This document shows positions 23,426 to 32,000 of a stretch of 32,000 nucleotides of DNA, one piece after another; position 1 is the stretch's first letter; every line of letters starts with the position of its first letter. The notes beneath the pieces are model-generated. The model did no database searches and was not told the DNA's origin. It was given only the letters and a program-made list of their open reading frames with translations. The stretch comes from Balneola sp. (lineage in GTDB: Bacteria > Bacteroidota > Rhodothermia > Balneolales > Balneolaceae): positions 1-32,000 of the forward strand of contig PBJO01000022.1 of assembly GCA_002720745.1 (NCBI GenBank), read 5' to 3'. Made by a program: the position numbers and the translations under genes.

Positions 23426-25507
23426 TTAACTTGAAATAAATCGATCTTTCAAAGCTTCAAATATAGATTCTGCCGCCTGGATTATTGGCGTTCCTGGACC
23501 AAATATTGCAGTTACCCCATCTGATTTCAATTGAGCATAATCTTGTTCCGGTATCACACCGCCAGCCACAATGATTATGTCATCGACATTTTGCTTTTTA
23601 AGCCCCTCGATTAATGTCGTTATTAAGGTTTTATGTCCACCGGCTAGACTTGATATTCCTATAATATGCACATCATTTTCGATGGCTTGTTTTACTACTT
23701 CATCTGGTGTGGAGAAAAGACTTCCCATATCAACGTCAAATCCCAAATCTGCAAAAGCAGTGGCAATGATTTTGGCTCCCCGATTATGGCCGTCTTGTCC
23801 CATTTTTACAATGAGCATTCGAGGTTGACGACCTAGTAATTTTGATAAATTTAATACTTTTTCTTTTAATTGCTTAAATTCTGAATCTTGTTCATACACT
23901 TTGCTGTATACTCCTTTTATGGTGGAATGATGTGCGTTATATCGTCCCCAAACACGCTCTAGAGCCTCTGAAATTTCACCTATGGTAGCTCTAGCTCTAG
24001 CGGCTTCAATGGCGACGGATAAAATATTTAGCTTAGATGATTTAGCCGCTTTTTCTATTGCACTCAAATGGGTTTTCACTAGTTCATTATCCCTATTCTT
24101 TTTAAGAAGAGAGAGTTTCCTTTTTTGAGATTGGCTGACTCTTGAATGATCAATGTTTCGAACATCCATAGGTTCTTGATCAGGGCTTTTGTATTTATTT
24201 ACTCCTACAATCGTTTCAATTCCCTTGTCAATACGAGCTTGACGAATGGCTGCGGAAGCCTCTATTTTTTTTTGTGGAAAGCCGTTTTTGATTGCTTGTG
24301 TCATTCCCCCAATTGCTGTGATTTCTGCAACAAGTTTTTTTGCTTTGGAATACAAATCATGAGTAAGTGATTCTATAGCATAGGAACCAGCAAAAGGGTC
24401 AATGATGTGTGTCATATCTGTTTCCTCTTGCAAAATAAGCTGGGTATTACGTGCAATCCGAGAAGCTGTTTCTGTGGGTAGAGACAACGCTTCATCGTAA
24501 CTGTTGGTATGAAGGGATTGGGTTCCGCCAAAAATAGCGCCAATAGCCTCGATAGTAGTTCTTACGATATTATTCAAGGGATCTTGTGCTGTCAAAGACC
24601 ACCCCGAGGTTTGGCAATGGGTGCGCAACATGGTAGATTTGGGATTCTGTGGCTCAAATAAATCTTGCATTAGTTCTGCCCATAATTCACGCGCAGCGCG
24701 TAGTTTTGCAATTTCTGTGAGCATATTCATTCCAATACCAAAAAAGAAGGAAAGCCGAGGCGCAAATTCGTCTACATCAAGACCCCGACTGACAGCAGCT
24801 CCTACATATTCTAGTCCATCTGCAATAGTAAAAGCCAATTCCAATACTTCATTAGCACCAGCTTCTTGCATATGGTATCCAGAAATTGAGATTGAATTGA
24901 ACTTAGGCATGTGCTGGCGCGTATAGTCAATAATATCGGAGACTAATCGCATGGAGGGGTTTGGGGGATATATATATGTATTGCGAACCATGAATTCTTT
25001 TAAAATATCATTTTGAATGGTTCCACGGAGTTGGTCTTGGGATATTCCTTGTTCTTCAGCAGTTACGATATATGCTGCCATAACTGGAATAACAGCACCA
25101 TTCATAGTCATTGATACTGACATTTTATTCAAAGGGATGCCCTTGAAGAGTAGCTTCATATCTTCCACTGAATCAATAGCAACACCAGCCTTACCTACAT
25201 CACCTACCACCCTTGGATGATCAGAATCATAGCCTCTATGGGTGGCTAAGTCAAAGGCTACGCTAAGGCCTTTTTGCCCATTCTCAAGTGCATCATGGTA
25301 AAAAGCATTAGACTCTTCAGCTGTTGAAAAGCCTGCATACTGTCGAATAGTCCATGGCCGGCCTGTGTACATAGTATCATATGGACCCATACGATAGGGA
25401 AATTTGCCTGGACGTTGAGGTTTAAATCCTCTTTTATTGAGGTCATCAGCAGTATATAAAGCCTTTTTTTGGAGATGTTCGGCGTCTTGGGACGAAAATT
25501 CACTCAT
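23426..25507 (-). CDS. Methylmalonyl-CoA mutase, single-chain large subunit with a C-terminal B12-binding domain
   Basis: The substrate barrel carries [16 protein letters not shown] and RIARNTQ. The C-terminal [23 protein letters not shown] holds the DxHxxG B12 motif. The likely start is the ATG at 25507 (MSEFSSQD...); the track start at 25546 adds 13 improbable residues. Confidence 0.9.
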   Translation of the reverse strand: MSEFSSQDAEHLQKKALYTADDLNKRGFKPQRPGKFPYRMGPYDTMYTGRPWTIRQYAGFSTAEESNAFYHDALENGQKGLSVAFDLATHRGYDSDHPRVVGDVGKAGVAIDSVEDMKLLFKGIPLNKMSVSMTMNGAVIPVMAAYIVTAEEQGISQDQLRGTIQNDILKEFMVRNTYIYPPNPSMRLVSDIIDYTRQHMPKFNSISISGYHMQEAGANEVLELAFTIADGLEYVGAAVSRGLDVDEFAPRLSFFFGIGMNMLTEIAKLRAARELWAELMQDLFEPQNPKSTMLRTHCQTSGWSLTAQDPLNNIVRTTIEAIGAIFGGTQSLHTNSYDEALSLPTETASRIARNTQLILQEETDMTHIIDPFAGSYAIESLTHDLYSKAKKLVAEITAIGGMTQAIKNGFPQKKIEASAAIRQARIDKGIETIVGVNKYKSPDQEPMDVRNIDHSRVSQSQKRKLSLLKKNRDNELVKTHLSAIEKAAKSSKLNILSVAIEAARARATIGEISEALERVWGRYNAHHSTIKGVYSKVYEQDSEFKQLKEKVLNLSKLLGRQPRMLIVKMGQDGHNRGAKIIATAFADLGFDVDMGSLFSTPDEVVKQAIENDVHIIGISSLAGGHKTLITTLIEGLKKQNVDDIIIVAGGVIPEQDYAQLKSDGVTAIFGPGTPIIQAAESIFEALKDRFISS

Positions 25508-25565
25508 GAAATATAAATTAATTAGTTTAATGGATAGAATACGCAATAAAGTAAGAAGTAGACAT

Positions 25566-28500
25566 TTATGCTACATCTTCCATTCGAACTCCAACCAATC
25601 GACTAACACCAGTTTCAGGCATTGTGACACCATACATCATTTCTGCTTTACTCATGGTTTTTTTATTATGCGTTATAATGATGAATTGAGTGTCATTTGA
25701 AAACTCTTTAATCATTTTAGCAAATCGTTCGATATTTGCATCATCTAATGGAGCGTCAACCTCATCCAATACACAAAAGGGAGAGGGTTTTACAAGATAG
25801 ATAGCAAATAGTAGAGCGATGGCAGTGAGTGTTTTTTCTCCTCCTGAAAGCTGGGAAATAACCGAGGGTCGTTTACCTCTAGGCTGTGCTTTAATTTCAA
25901 TATGAGCTTCTAATGGATCTTTAGAATCTTGTTCAATAATCAAATCACAAAGATCGTCTGCGAAAAATAATGTTTTGAATACTAGCTGGAAATTCTTTCG
26001 AATCTTTTCAAAGGTTTGGTTAAAGCGTTCTGTAGCAGTTGTATTGATTTCATCTATAGTTTCAAGAACTTGAATTTCGGCTTTAGTTAAATCTTCAATT
26101 TGTTCCTTATAAAAATTTAGCCTCTTGCTTTCTTCTTCGTATTCTTCGATTGCAAGTGGATTAACTTCACCCAAACTATTTATTTTATGATTGAGCCAAG
26201 AGATTCGTTCTTTCACCTCTTCAGGACTTTCTTTTTCGGATAAGGGTTCACTTCGGATTTGTTTGATGAGCAGCCCATAACTTTCCCATATATGATCGCG
26301 AAGTCTTTCACTTTGCAAATCCATTTTTTCTTTAGCCATGTGTAAATGATGAACAAGTTCTATATTCACTTCTTTTTGGCGACGAATTTCTTTTAGCTCC
26401 TTCTCCATTTCGTTAATATTACCCCGTTCTATTGCTGCTGCCTCCTGTGTTTTGGATAAAACCTGATCAGCCTCCTCTTTTTGGGCATTATATTGCGTTA
26501 ATTTTTCGTTGCTGCTAGTTACTTTTTCTGTGTTAAAGTTAATATGTTTGTTTGCTTTATGAATACGCTCTTCACGAAGCTTAATTCGTTGTTCAACCTC
26601 ATTTATACTGATTTGGGCTCGCTGGATTTCACGTTCATGATTTTCAATCTTATTAGTAAGATCCTGATTTTTAAGTTGAGCATCGTTATATCGGCTTTGA
26701 GCTCCAGAACGCTGTTCATCTAGTGATTCTAATAAGCTTTTTTGTTGCTCTAGTTTATGGTTAAAACGATCAAGCTTTTGTTGGATTTCTTTTTGAGAGG
26801 GTGCTATGTTGGCAAGTTCTTGTTGTGCGTTTCCCTCATTGGATTGAAGCGAATTTTTTCTATTAACTTGATTTGTGATATTTTTTTGGTAAACCTGCAC
26901 CTTAGAACTCATAGAGTTTTTTTGTTGTTCAAATGTGCGAATTTGTTGCTCGAAATCTTTTAATACTTTATTGAGTGAGGGAAGGTCAATCTGTGAGCTT
27001 TTACTTTGAATCTGTTCTAAATATTCTGTGAGCTTGTGTAGCTCTTTCTGAATTTTAACTTGTTTTTTTTCTAATCGCTCAATTTTGGTGTTTAAGCTGA
27101 CACGCATACCCGCGTGAGTACTCTTGCTACCAGATGTGTAAAAAGAGTATTGGTTACGAACATCCCCTTGTAAACTAACAGAACTCCATTCTTTCTTTAA
27201 TTCTGTTTTATTCATGAGTTCTGCATTTTCAAACACAAGAATATTGCCCAACAAGAGTTGCTTTAAGGCTGAGTACTTTGTTTTACTTTTCACATGGTGA
27301 AATAAGCTACCATCAGCAACATCATACGTAGCCGCAAGCTGTTGAAGAGGGATAAAGGTAGCCAAGCCTTTTTTGTATTTCTTTAATAATTTGGCAGCAG
27401 CAAGTACTTCATCCATCGTATCTACGACCAAATAATTTAGTATAGGACCTAATGCCGATTCTAAAGCAATAGCATAGGTTTCATCGGTTGAAAAAATATC
27501 ACTAACCGTAGTCATGTTTTTAAAATTGAATCGCTGCTCTTCTAATAAATATTGTACACTCGATGGAGAAGCTTCATTGGAGGTGAATAGATCTTGAAGG
27601 AGACGAGATTCAGACTCCGTTGATGCCAAATCACTGTTTAGGCTGCGAATCTGATCTTTTGTCTCGTTTTGGGTATGAGCGAATTGTTCTTTTCTTACTC
27701 GAGCCTCTTCTAACAATTTTTCTTGTTGGTTTCGTTGATTTAAGATTGTTTCTAGCTGTTCATCTACTTGGCTTTGTTGCTTAGTAATAGTAGCTATTTC
27801 ATTATTCATGTTATAAATTTCAGCCTCAATTCGCTCCAGATTACCTTCTGTATTTTCGAGTTTGGACTCAATTTTAATTCGCTTGGCTTGAAGTTGTATT
27901 AATTCATTTTTTGTAGCACTAATTTGTACTTCCTGTTCATAAATTTCGTGACGAACTTTGCTGTATTGTTGTTGAGTTTGTGTGTAGATAACTCTCGAAC
28001 CTTCTAAACTTTTCTTAGATAGTGTTTGTTCAGTGATAAATCCCTTGAGTTTTTCCTGAGTGTATGTTCGAATCTGCTGTAACTCTGCTAAATTTTTATT
28101 CCCCTGTTTGATGTCTCTTTTGTATTCACTCAGAACTTTTTCTTCGCTTTCAATTTTTTGATGTGCAATACGGATTTGGGTGGTAGCTTCCTGAATAGCT
28201 TCTGCTAGTGATTGTACTCTACGTTGAGCTTCGACTTGTGCTCGTTCTTTTCTGAGAAGGGCGTTCCTAGCTTTCTCATCTTCTTTTTCAAGTGAACTTA
28301 GTTTTTGCTGGAGCTCAATTTTTTCAAATTGTGCAGAATTTATCCTTTCGATTAAAGGATTAAGCTCTTGCTGAATTCGTTCATGATCGTATAGAGTGAG
28401 AGCTTTATCAAGTTTTTCTAGTTCTTCTTTGTATCCTTTCGCCTTAACTGCCTTTTCTGCTTGGATTTCTAAGTTCCGAGTTTTCTTGCGTAATTCGATT

Positions 28501-29084
28501 AATAAATCATCAATTCGTTGAAGATCTTTCCTTGTTTCCTCAAGCTTTCTGAGACTTCTTTTTCGTTGATCTTTGTAACGCGTGACACCTGCAGCCTCTT
28601 CAAAGAGTTTACGACGATCGTTATTTTTATCATTTAATATTTCCTCTACCATCTTAAGCTCAATTACCGAATAAGCATCGGACCCCATTCCTGTATCCAT
28701 GAATAATTCCATGATATCTTTTAACCGGCATGAGGTTCCATTTATAAGGTATTCTGAATCTCCTGATCGATATAAGCGGCGAGTTATAGTGAGTTCTGAG
28801 TATTCAATGGGCAAAATACTTTTATTATTGACGAAAGTAAGTGATACCTCTGCCATCCCAAGAGCTTTTTTTTTGGATGTGCCATTAAAAATCACATTAC
28901 CCATAGTCGAAGAACGTAGTAAAGAAGGTCGTTGTTCTCCGAGTACCCACCGTAAAGCATCCACAATATTAGATTTTCCACAGCCGTTTGGTCCAACGAT
29001 TGAGGTAATTCCACTATCAAAGCTCACTTTTGTTGCATGAGCAAAACTTTTAAATCCTTGTAATTCGAGTTCAGATATATACAA
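25566..29084 (-). CDS. smc: Chromosome segregation protein SMC
   Basis: [14 protein letters not shown]...[21 protein letters not shown] (Walker A), ~900 aa of coiled coil plus hinge, then C-terminal [17 protein letters not shown]...[12 protein letters not shown] (signature and Walker B). Confidence 0.95.
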   Translation of the reverse strand: MYISELELQGFKSFAHATKVSFDSGITSIVGPNGCGKSNIVDALRWVLGEQRPSLLRSSTMGNVIFNGTSKKKALGMAEVSLTFVNNKSILPIEYSELTITRRLYRSGDSEYLINGTSCRLKDIMELFMDTGMGSDAYSVIELKMVEEILNDKNNDRRKLFEEAAGVTRYKDQRKRSLRKLEETRKDLQRIDDLLIELRKKTRNLEIQAEKAVKAKGYKEELEKLDKALTLYDHERIQQELNPLIERINSAQFEKIELQQKLSSLEKEDEKARNALLRKERAQVEAQRRVQSLAEAIQEATTQIRIAHQKIESEEKVLSEYKRDIKQGNKNLAELQQIRTYTQEKLKGFITEQTLSKKSLEGSRVIYTQTQQQYSKVRHEIYEQEVQISATKNELIQLQAKRIKIESKLENTEGNLERIEAEIYNMNNEIATITKQQSQVDEQLETILNQRNQQEKLLEEARVRKEQFAHTQNETKDQIRSLNSDLASTESESRLLQDLFTSNEASPSSVQYLLEEQRFNFKNMTTVSDIFSTDETYAIALESALGPILNYLVVDTMDEVLAAAKLLKKYKKGLATFIPLQQLAATYDVADGSLFHHVKSKTKYSALKQLLLGNILVFENAELMNKTELKKEWSSVSLQGDVRNQYSFYTSGSKSTHAGMRVSLNTKIERLEKKQVKIQKELHKLTEYLEQIQSKSSQIDLPSLNKVLKDFEQQIRTFEQQKNSMSSKVQVYQKNITNQVNRKNSLQSNEGNAQQELANIAPSQKEIQQKLDRFNHKLEQQKSLLESLDEQRSGAQSRYNDAQLKNQDLTNKIENHEREIQRAQISINEVEQRIKLREERIHKANKHINFNTEKVTSSNEKLTQYNAQKEEADQVLSKTQEAAAIERGNINEMEKELKEIRRQKEVNIELVHHLHMAKEKMDLQSERLRDHIWESYGLLIKQIRSEPLSEKESPEEVKERISWLNHKINSLGEVNPLAIEEYEEESKRLNFYKEQIEDLTKAEIQVLETIDEINTTATERFNQTFEKIRKNFQLVFKTLFFADDLCDLIIEQDSKDPLEAHIEIKAQPRGKRPSVISQLSGGEKTLTAIALLFAIYLVKPSPFCVLDEVDAPLDDANIERFAKMIKEFSNDTQFIIITHNKKTMSKAEMMYGVTMPETGVSRLVGVRMEDVA

Positions 29085-29129
29085 CGTTAGTGGGGCTTAC
29101 ACTCTTGGTTTGCATAGAAGCCAAGAAAT

Positions 29130-29699
29130 TTAGACAGTCATTATTTCCGTCTCTTTTTGCTTTAATAGTTGGTCTACATTGCTCGTATGTCCATCGGTTA
29201 CTTTTTGCACTTCTGATTCCGCTTCAAATTTAGAATCTTCGGATAACGAGTGTGTTTCTACAGCTTTTTTCACTGAATCATTGGCATCACGGCGTACATT
29301 ACGTATGCTAATTCGGGTTTGTTCAGATTTATCCTTAGCTATTTTCACTAATTCTTTGCGGCGTTCTTCGGTTAAAATGGGTAGTGGAATACGAATTAAA
29401 TCACCATCATTCATTGGATTAAGTCCCAGTCCAGAGGACATAATTCTTTTTTCGATATCCGTTATCATACTTTTATCATAAGGCTGTACCAAGAATAGTC
29501 GTGGTTCAGGGGCTGAAATATTTGCTAATTGTTGAAGGGGTGTTTGAGCCCCATAGTACTCTACTAGAATACCTTGAATAAGTGCGGGGTTTGCTTTACC
29601 AGCTCGGATATGCGAAAATTCTTTTTTTAAATATTGAACTGCATCGTCCATTTTCATTTCTGCTTCATCTACTATTTCTTGCAGTTCATCTGCAATCAT
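29130..29699 (-). CDS. frr: Ribosome recycling factor
   Basis: 189 aa with HIRAGKANPALIQGILVEYYG...LTEERRKELVK...IRNVRRDAND, typical of RRF. It sits in the conserved tsf-pyrH-frr order. Confidence 0.93.
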   Translation of the reverse strand: MIADELQEIVDEAEMKMDDAVQYLKKEFSHIRAGKANPALIQGILVEYYGAQTPLQQLANISAPEPRLFLVQPYDKSMITDIEKRIMSSGLGLNPMNDGDLIRIPLPILTEERRKELVKIAKDKSEQTRISIRNVRRDANDSVKKAVETHSLSEDSKFEAESEVQKVTDGHTSNVDQLLKQKETEIMTV

Positions 29700-29840
29700 A
29701 ATGTTCTCCTACAAAATTTTTGTTCAACTGAGCTAATATGATATACCCTCCCTTGAAGGTATTTGACGCGTTATTGTGTGTCATCTACCATTTTAAAAAT
29801 ACTAAAAGTGTGGTATAAATCTTAATAATTTATAGGATCG

Positions 29841-30560
29841 TTAACCCCAAACTACTATGGTGCCATCATTACTGCCTTCACAGACAATTTTTTTAAGAGT
29901 TCCTTTTTTATTCATGTTGAAAACGATAACAGGGGTCTCGTTTTCACGGCACAAAGTAAACGCTGTTAGATCCATTACAGATAGGCGTTTTTTAAGGACC
30001 TCATCGCCTGTAATGGTATCAAATTTGATGGCATCTGGATTAACTTCAGGGTCGGTATCGTAAATACCATCTACCCGAGTACCCTTGAGAATTACGTCTG
30101 CCTCAATCTCAATAGCACGTAAAGCTCCCGCTGTATCTGTGGTAAAATAGGGATTTCCAGTTCCAGCACCGAAGATGATTACGCGTCCTTTTTCTAGATG
30201 TCTAACGGCTCTTCGCCGTATGAAAGGTTCAGCAATGGCTTCCATTCGAATAGCACTCATTAAACGAGTCATTATTCCATTACGTTCTAGCGCGTCTTGA
30301 AGTGCCATGGCATTAATCATTGTCGCTAACATTCCCATATAGTCACCTTGCACTCTGTCCATACCTTCAGTAGCGCCTTTTACTCCGCGAAATATGTTGC
30401 CGCCGCCAATGACAATACAGATTTCTACGCCTTCGTCACGAATAGATTTAATTTCTTTGGCGTACTGGTGAAGTATTTTTCCGTCGATACCATGTCCTTG
30501 TGCTCCTAGTAAAGCCTCTCCACTGAGCTTTAAAAGTATACGTTTGTATGTATTTGTCAC
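29841..30560 (-). CDS. pyrH: UMP kinase
   Basis: [23 protein letters not shown] and [19 protein letters not shown] are canonical PyrH motifs. Confidence 0.95.
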   Translation of the reverse strand: MTNTYKRILLKLSGEALLGAQGHGIDGKILHQYAKEIKSIRDEGVEICIVIGGGNIFRGVKGATEGMDRVQGDYMGMLATMINAMALQDALERNGIMTRLMSAIRMEAIAEPFIRRRAVRHLEKGRVIIFGAGTGNPYFTTDTAGALRAIEIEADVILKGTRVDGIYDTDPEVNPDAIKFDTITGDEVLKKRLSVMDLTAFTLCRENETPVIVFNMNKKGTLKKIVCEGSNDGTIVVWG

Positions 30561-30633
30561 ACTATTTGGGTTTATAAGGAATAAAAAGCAACATATTTAA
30601 AATATTAATCAATCTAATTTAATTAAATTTTAA

Positions 30634-31467
30634 TTAAGCGTTTTCGCCTAATTGAATTCGATGGAAAGAAGCAACTAAAGGAGCGTTATTTTCTTCTAAG
30701 TATTTTCTCACTGTCAAACTATTATCCTTGACAAATTTTTGGTTCAGTAGAACACGTTCTTCATAAAAACGGCGTAATTTTCCTTTAGCAGCTTTTTCTG
30801 CTATTTCTTCTGGTTTACCCTCATTAATGAGTTGTACCTTGGCTATTTCAAGTTCTTTCTCTACAACATAGGAATCTACTTCAGCTTCTGTGACGGCAAT
30901 CGGTTTCATTGCTGCTACTTGCATGGCGACATTGTTCCCAACTTCTGAATCAACAGAAGATCCGTTAAACTCAACTAGAACACCCAACTGATTACCAGGA
31001 TGAATATAACTCACCATAGTGCCTTGGGTAGTAGCAAATATGATAGTACTGATCTGGATTTTTTCTCCAATTTTACCAGTCATATCCTGCAGGTAATCGG
31101 CAATATTGCGGCCATCAATATCAATGGCTAGTAATCTTTCAACAGACGTTGTATTGTTATCGTAAGCGGCATTTAGGAAGGATTTAGCTTGGGAGTAAAA
31201 ATCTTCATTTCGAGCTACAAAATCAGTTTCGCAATTGATTTCAATGGCTACTGCTTTTTTTGCATCATCACTAACTCGGGTGAGTATTAGCCCTTCTTTA
31301 GCTTCACGATCGGCTCGCTTGTCGGCTACTTTTTGGCCTTTTTTTCTAAGAACTTCAACAGCACTGTCAAAATCGCCTTTGGCTTCCATTAAAGCTTTTT
31401 TACAGTCCATCATGCCCGCTCCGGTCATGTCTCTAAGCTTTTTTACATCTGCGGCAGAAATGGTCAT
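30634..31467 (-). CDS. tsf: Translation elongation factor Ts
   Basis: The N-terminal UBA-like VKKLRDMTGAGMMDCKKALMEAKGDFDSAVEVLRKKG and INCETDFVARN are hallmark EF-Ts motifs. Confidence 0.95.
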   Translation of the reverse strand: MTISAADVKKLRDMTGAGMMDCKKALMEAKGDFDSAVEVLRKKGQKVADKRADREAKEGLILTRVSDDAKKAVAIEINCETDFVARNEDFYSQAKSFLNAAYDNNTTSVERLLAIDIDGRNIADYLQDMTGKIGEKIQISTIIFATTQGTMVSYIHPGNQLGVLVEFNGSSVDSEVGNNVAMQVAAMKPIAVTEAEVDSYVVEKELEIAKVQLINEGKPEEIAEKAAKGKLRRFYEERVLLNQKFVKDNSLTVRKYLEENNAPLVASFHRIQLGENA

Positions 31468-31508
31468 TTGTATGTCTCCAAGTTTGAAAGTTTGGTGATT
31501 GGGTCAGA

Positions 31509-32000
31509 TTATTTATCCTTTTCCTTCGAAGCGCTATCTTCAGTATTTGCCTCATTTGATATATCAGCCTTTGTAGGCAGGTCATTGCTTTCTGCTTTTC
31601 CGGATAGTGTGTCTTGAGGCTCTAAAGTTTCAACAATGCTGGGTTTTTTTTTCTTTCGGCGAGATCGCAATTTGGTTGTAGGTTCTGTTTCTTTAACAGA
31701 ATCTTCTTTCGCATCGATAGTTAGTTCTTCTAAATAAGCCTCTTCTTCATATGTTTCACGTTCAGCTGCACCTTCGATGATGGCGTCAGCTACTTGCGAG
31801 GTTACTAATCGGATAGTTCGTGCAGAATCATCATTACATGGTACAATGTAATCAGGAACATCAGGGTCGCTATTGGTGTCTACCATAGCAATAATAGGAA
31901 TATGTAATTTGATGGCTTCGCTTACCGCTAAATGTTCTTTTTGTATATCTACAACAAAGATGGCGCCAGGCAGACGATTCATGTTAGCGATCCCACCGAG
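31509..32000 (-). CDS. rpsB: 30S ribosomal protein S2, N-terminus beyond the window edge, with a long charged C-terminal tail
   Basis: The frame stays open to nt 32000 (LGGIAN precedes the track Met). [56 protein letters not shown] is the conserved S2 core. It lies upstream of tsf, as is almost universal. Confidence 0.92.
   Translation of the reverse strand, partial: LGGIANMNRLPGAIFVVDIQKEHLAVSEAIKLHIPIIAMVDTNSDPDVPDYIVPCNDDSARTIRLVTSQVADAIIEGAAERETYEEEAYLEELTIDAKEDSVKETEPTTKLRSRRKKKKPSIVETLEPQDTLSGKAESNDLPTKADISNEANTEDSASKEKDK

Noticed and set aside
25508-25546. The upstream Met of the mutase ORF ([13 protein letters not shown]...). The upstream Met of the TPR lipoprotein ORF (17256-17297) is a similar case.
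   Set aside because: The extensions add non-conserved residues ahead of a natural N-terminus (MSEF...) or signal peptide (MEKKF...). In the lipoprotein case the extension would also overlap the preceding gene. The internal ATGs are preferred.
30616-30629. A 14-bp palindrome, AATTTAATTAAATT, just downstream of the tsf stop. I considered a terminator.
   Set aside because: It is pure A/T, so it would form no stable stem, and it has no distinct T-tract beyond the AT-rich background. It is probably just low-complexity spacer.
1-32000. A search for CRISPR arrays, transposases or integrases, tRNA or rRNA genes, and prophage or toxin-antitoxin modules.
   Set aside because: I saw no regularly spaced direct repeats, no recombinase-like ORFs and no tRNA or rRNA signatures. 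Apart from the loci flagged above, the window looks like core chromosome.

Overview
The window is chromosomal DNA, about 40% GC by eye. It probably comes from the FCB group (Bacteroidota or Rhodothermota/Balneolales-like), because it carries a type-A T9SS C-terminal sorting domain and a PorV-family gene. All calls come from reading the translated ORFs and the DNA by eye. No BLAST or HMM search was run, and alignments to reference proteins are from memory.

Layout:
- 1-9814 (+): an outer-membrane gene cluster. It holds a 5'-truncated T9SS cargo protein, a lipoprotein, a TonB-dependent-receptor-like barrel, a PorV-like protein and an NHL lipoprotein.
- 10152-12288 (+): fdxA, folP and cdaA.
- 12320-15109: a DNA-damage-tolerance corner. 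It holds a UmuC-like Y-family polymerase with no UmuD, a divergently transcribed His/Arg-rich orphan gene and an SRAP/YedK peptidase.
- 15126-20385 (-): the stand-out locus, described below.
- 20653-21968 (-): sufE and a PAS protein whose first domain is LOV-like but has Pro in place of the photoactive Cys.
- 22413-32000 (-): a housekeeping block of meaB, methylmalonyl-CoA mutase, smc, frr, pyrH, tsf and a partial rpsB.

The stand-out locus is a tightly packed five-gene operon. Its first gene encodes one polypeptide with a FliF-like periplasmic region, a transmembrane helix and a full FliG-like cytoplasmic region. The other four genes encode an outer-membrane beta-barrel, a TPR lipoprotein, MotA and MotB. 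No other flagellar gene lies anywhere in the 32 kb. I read this as a candidate flagellum-independent, PMF-driven rotor/stator machine that spans the envelope.

I found no rRNA, tRNA, CRISPR array, transposase or integrase.
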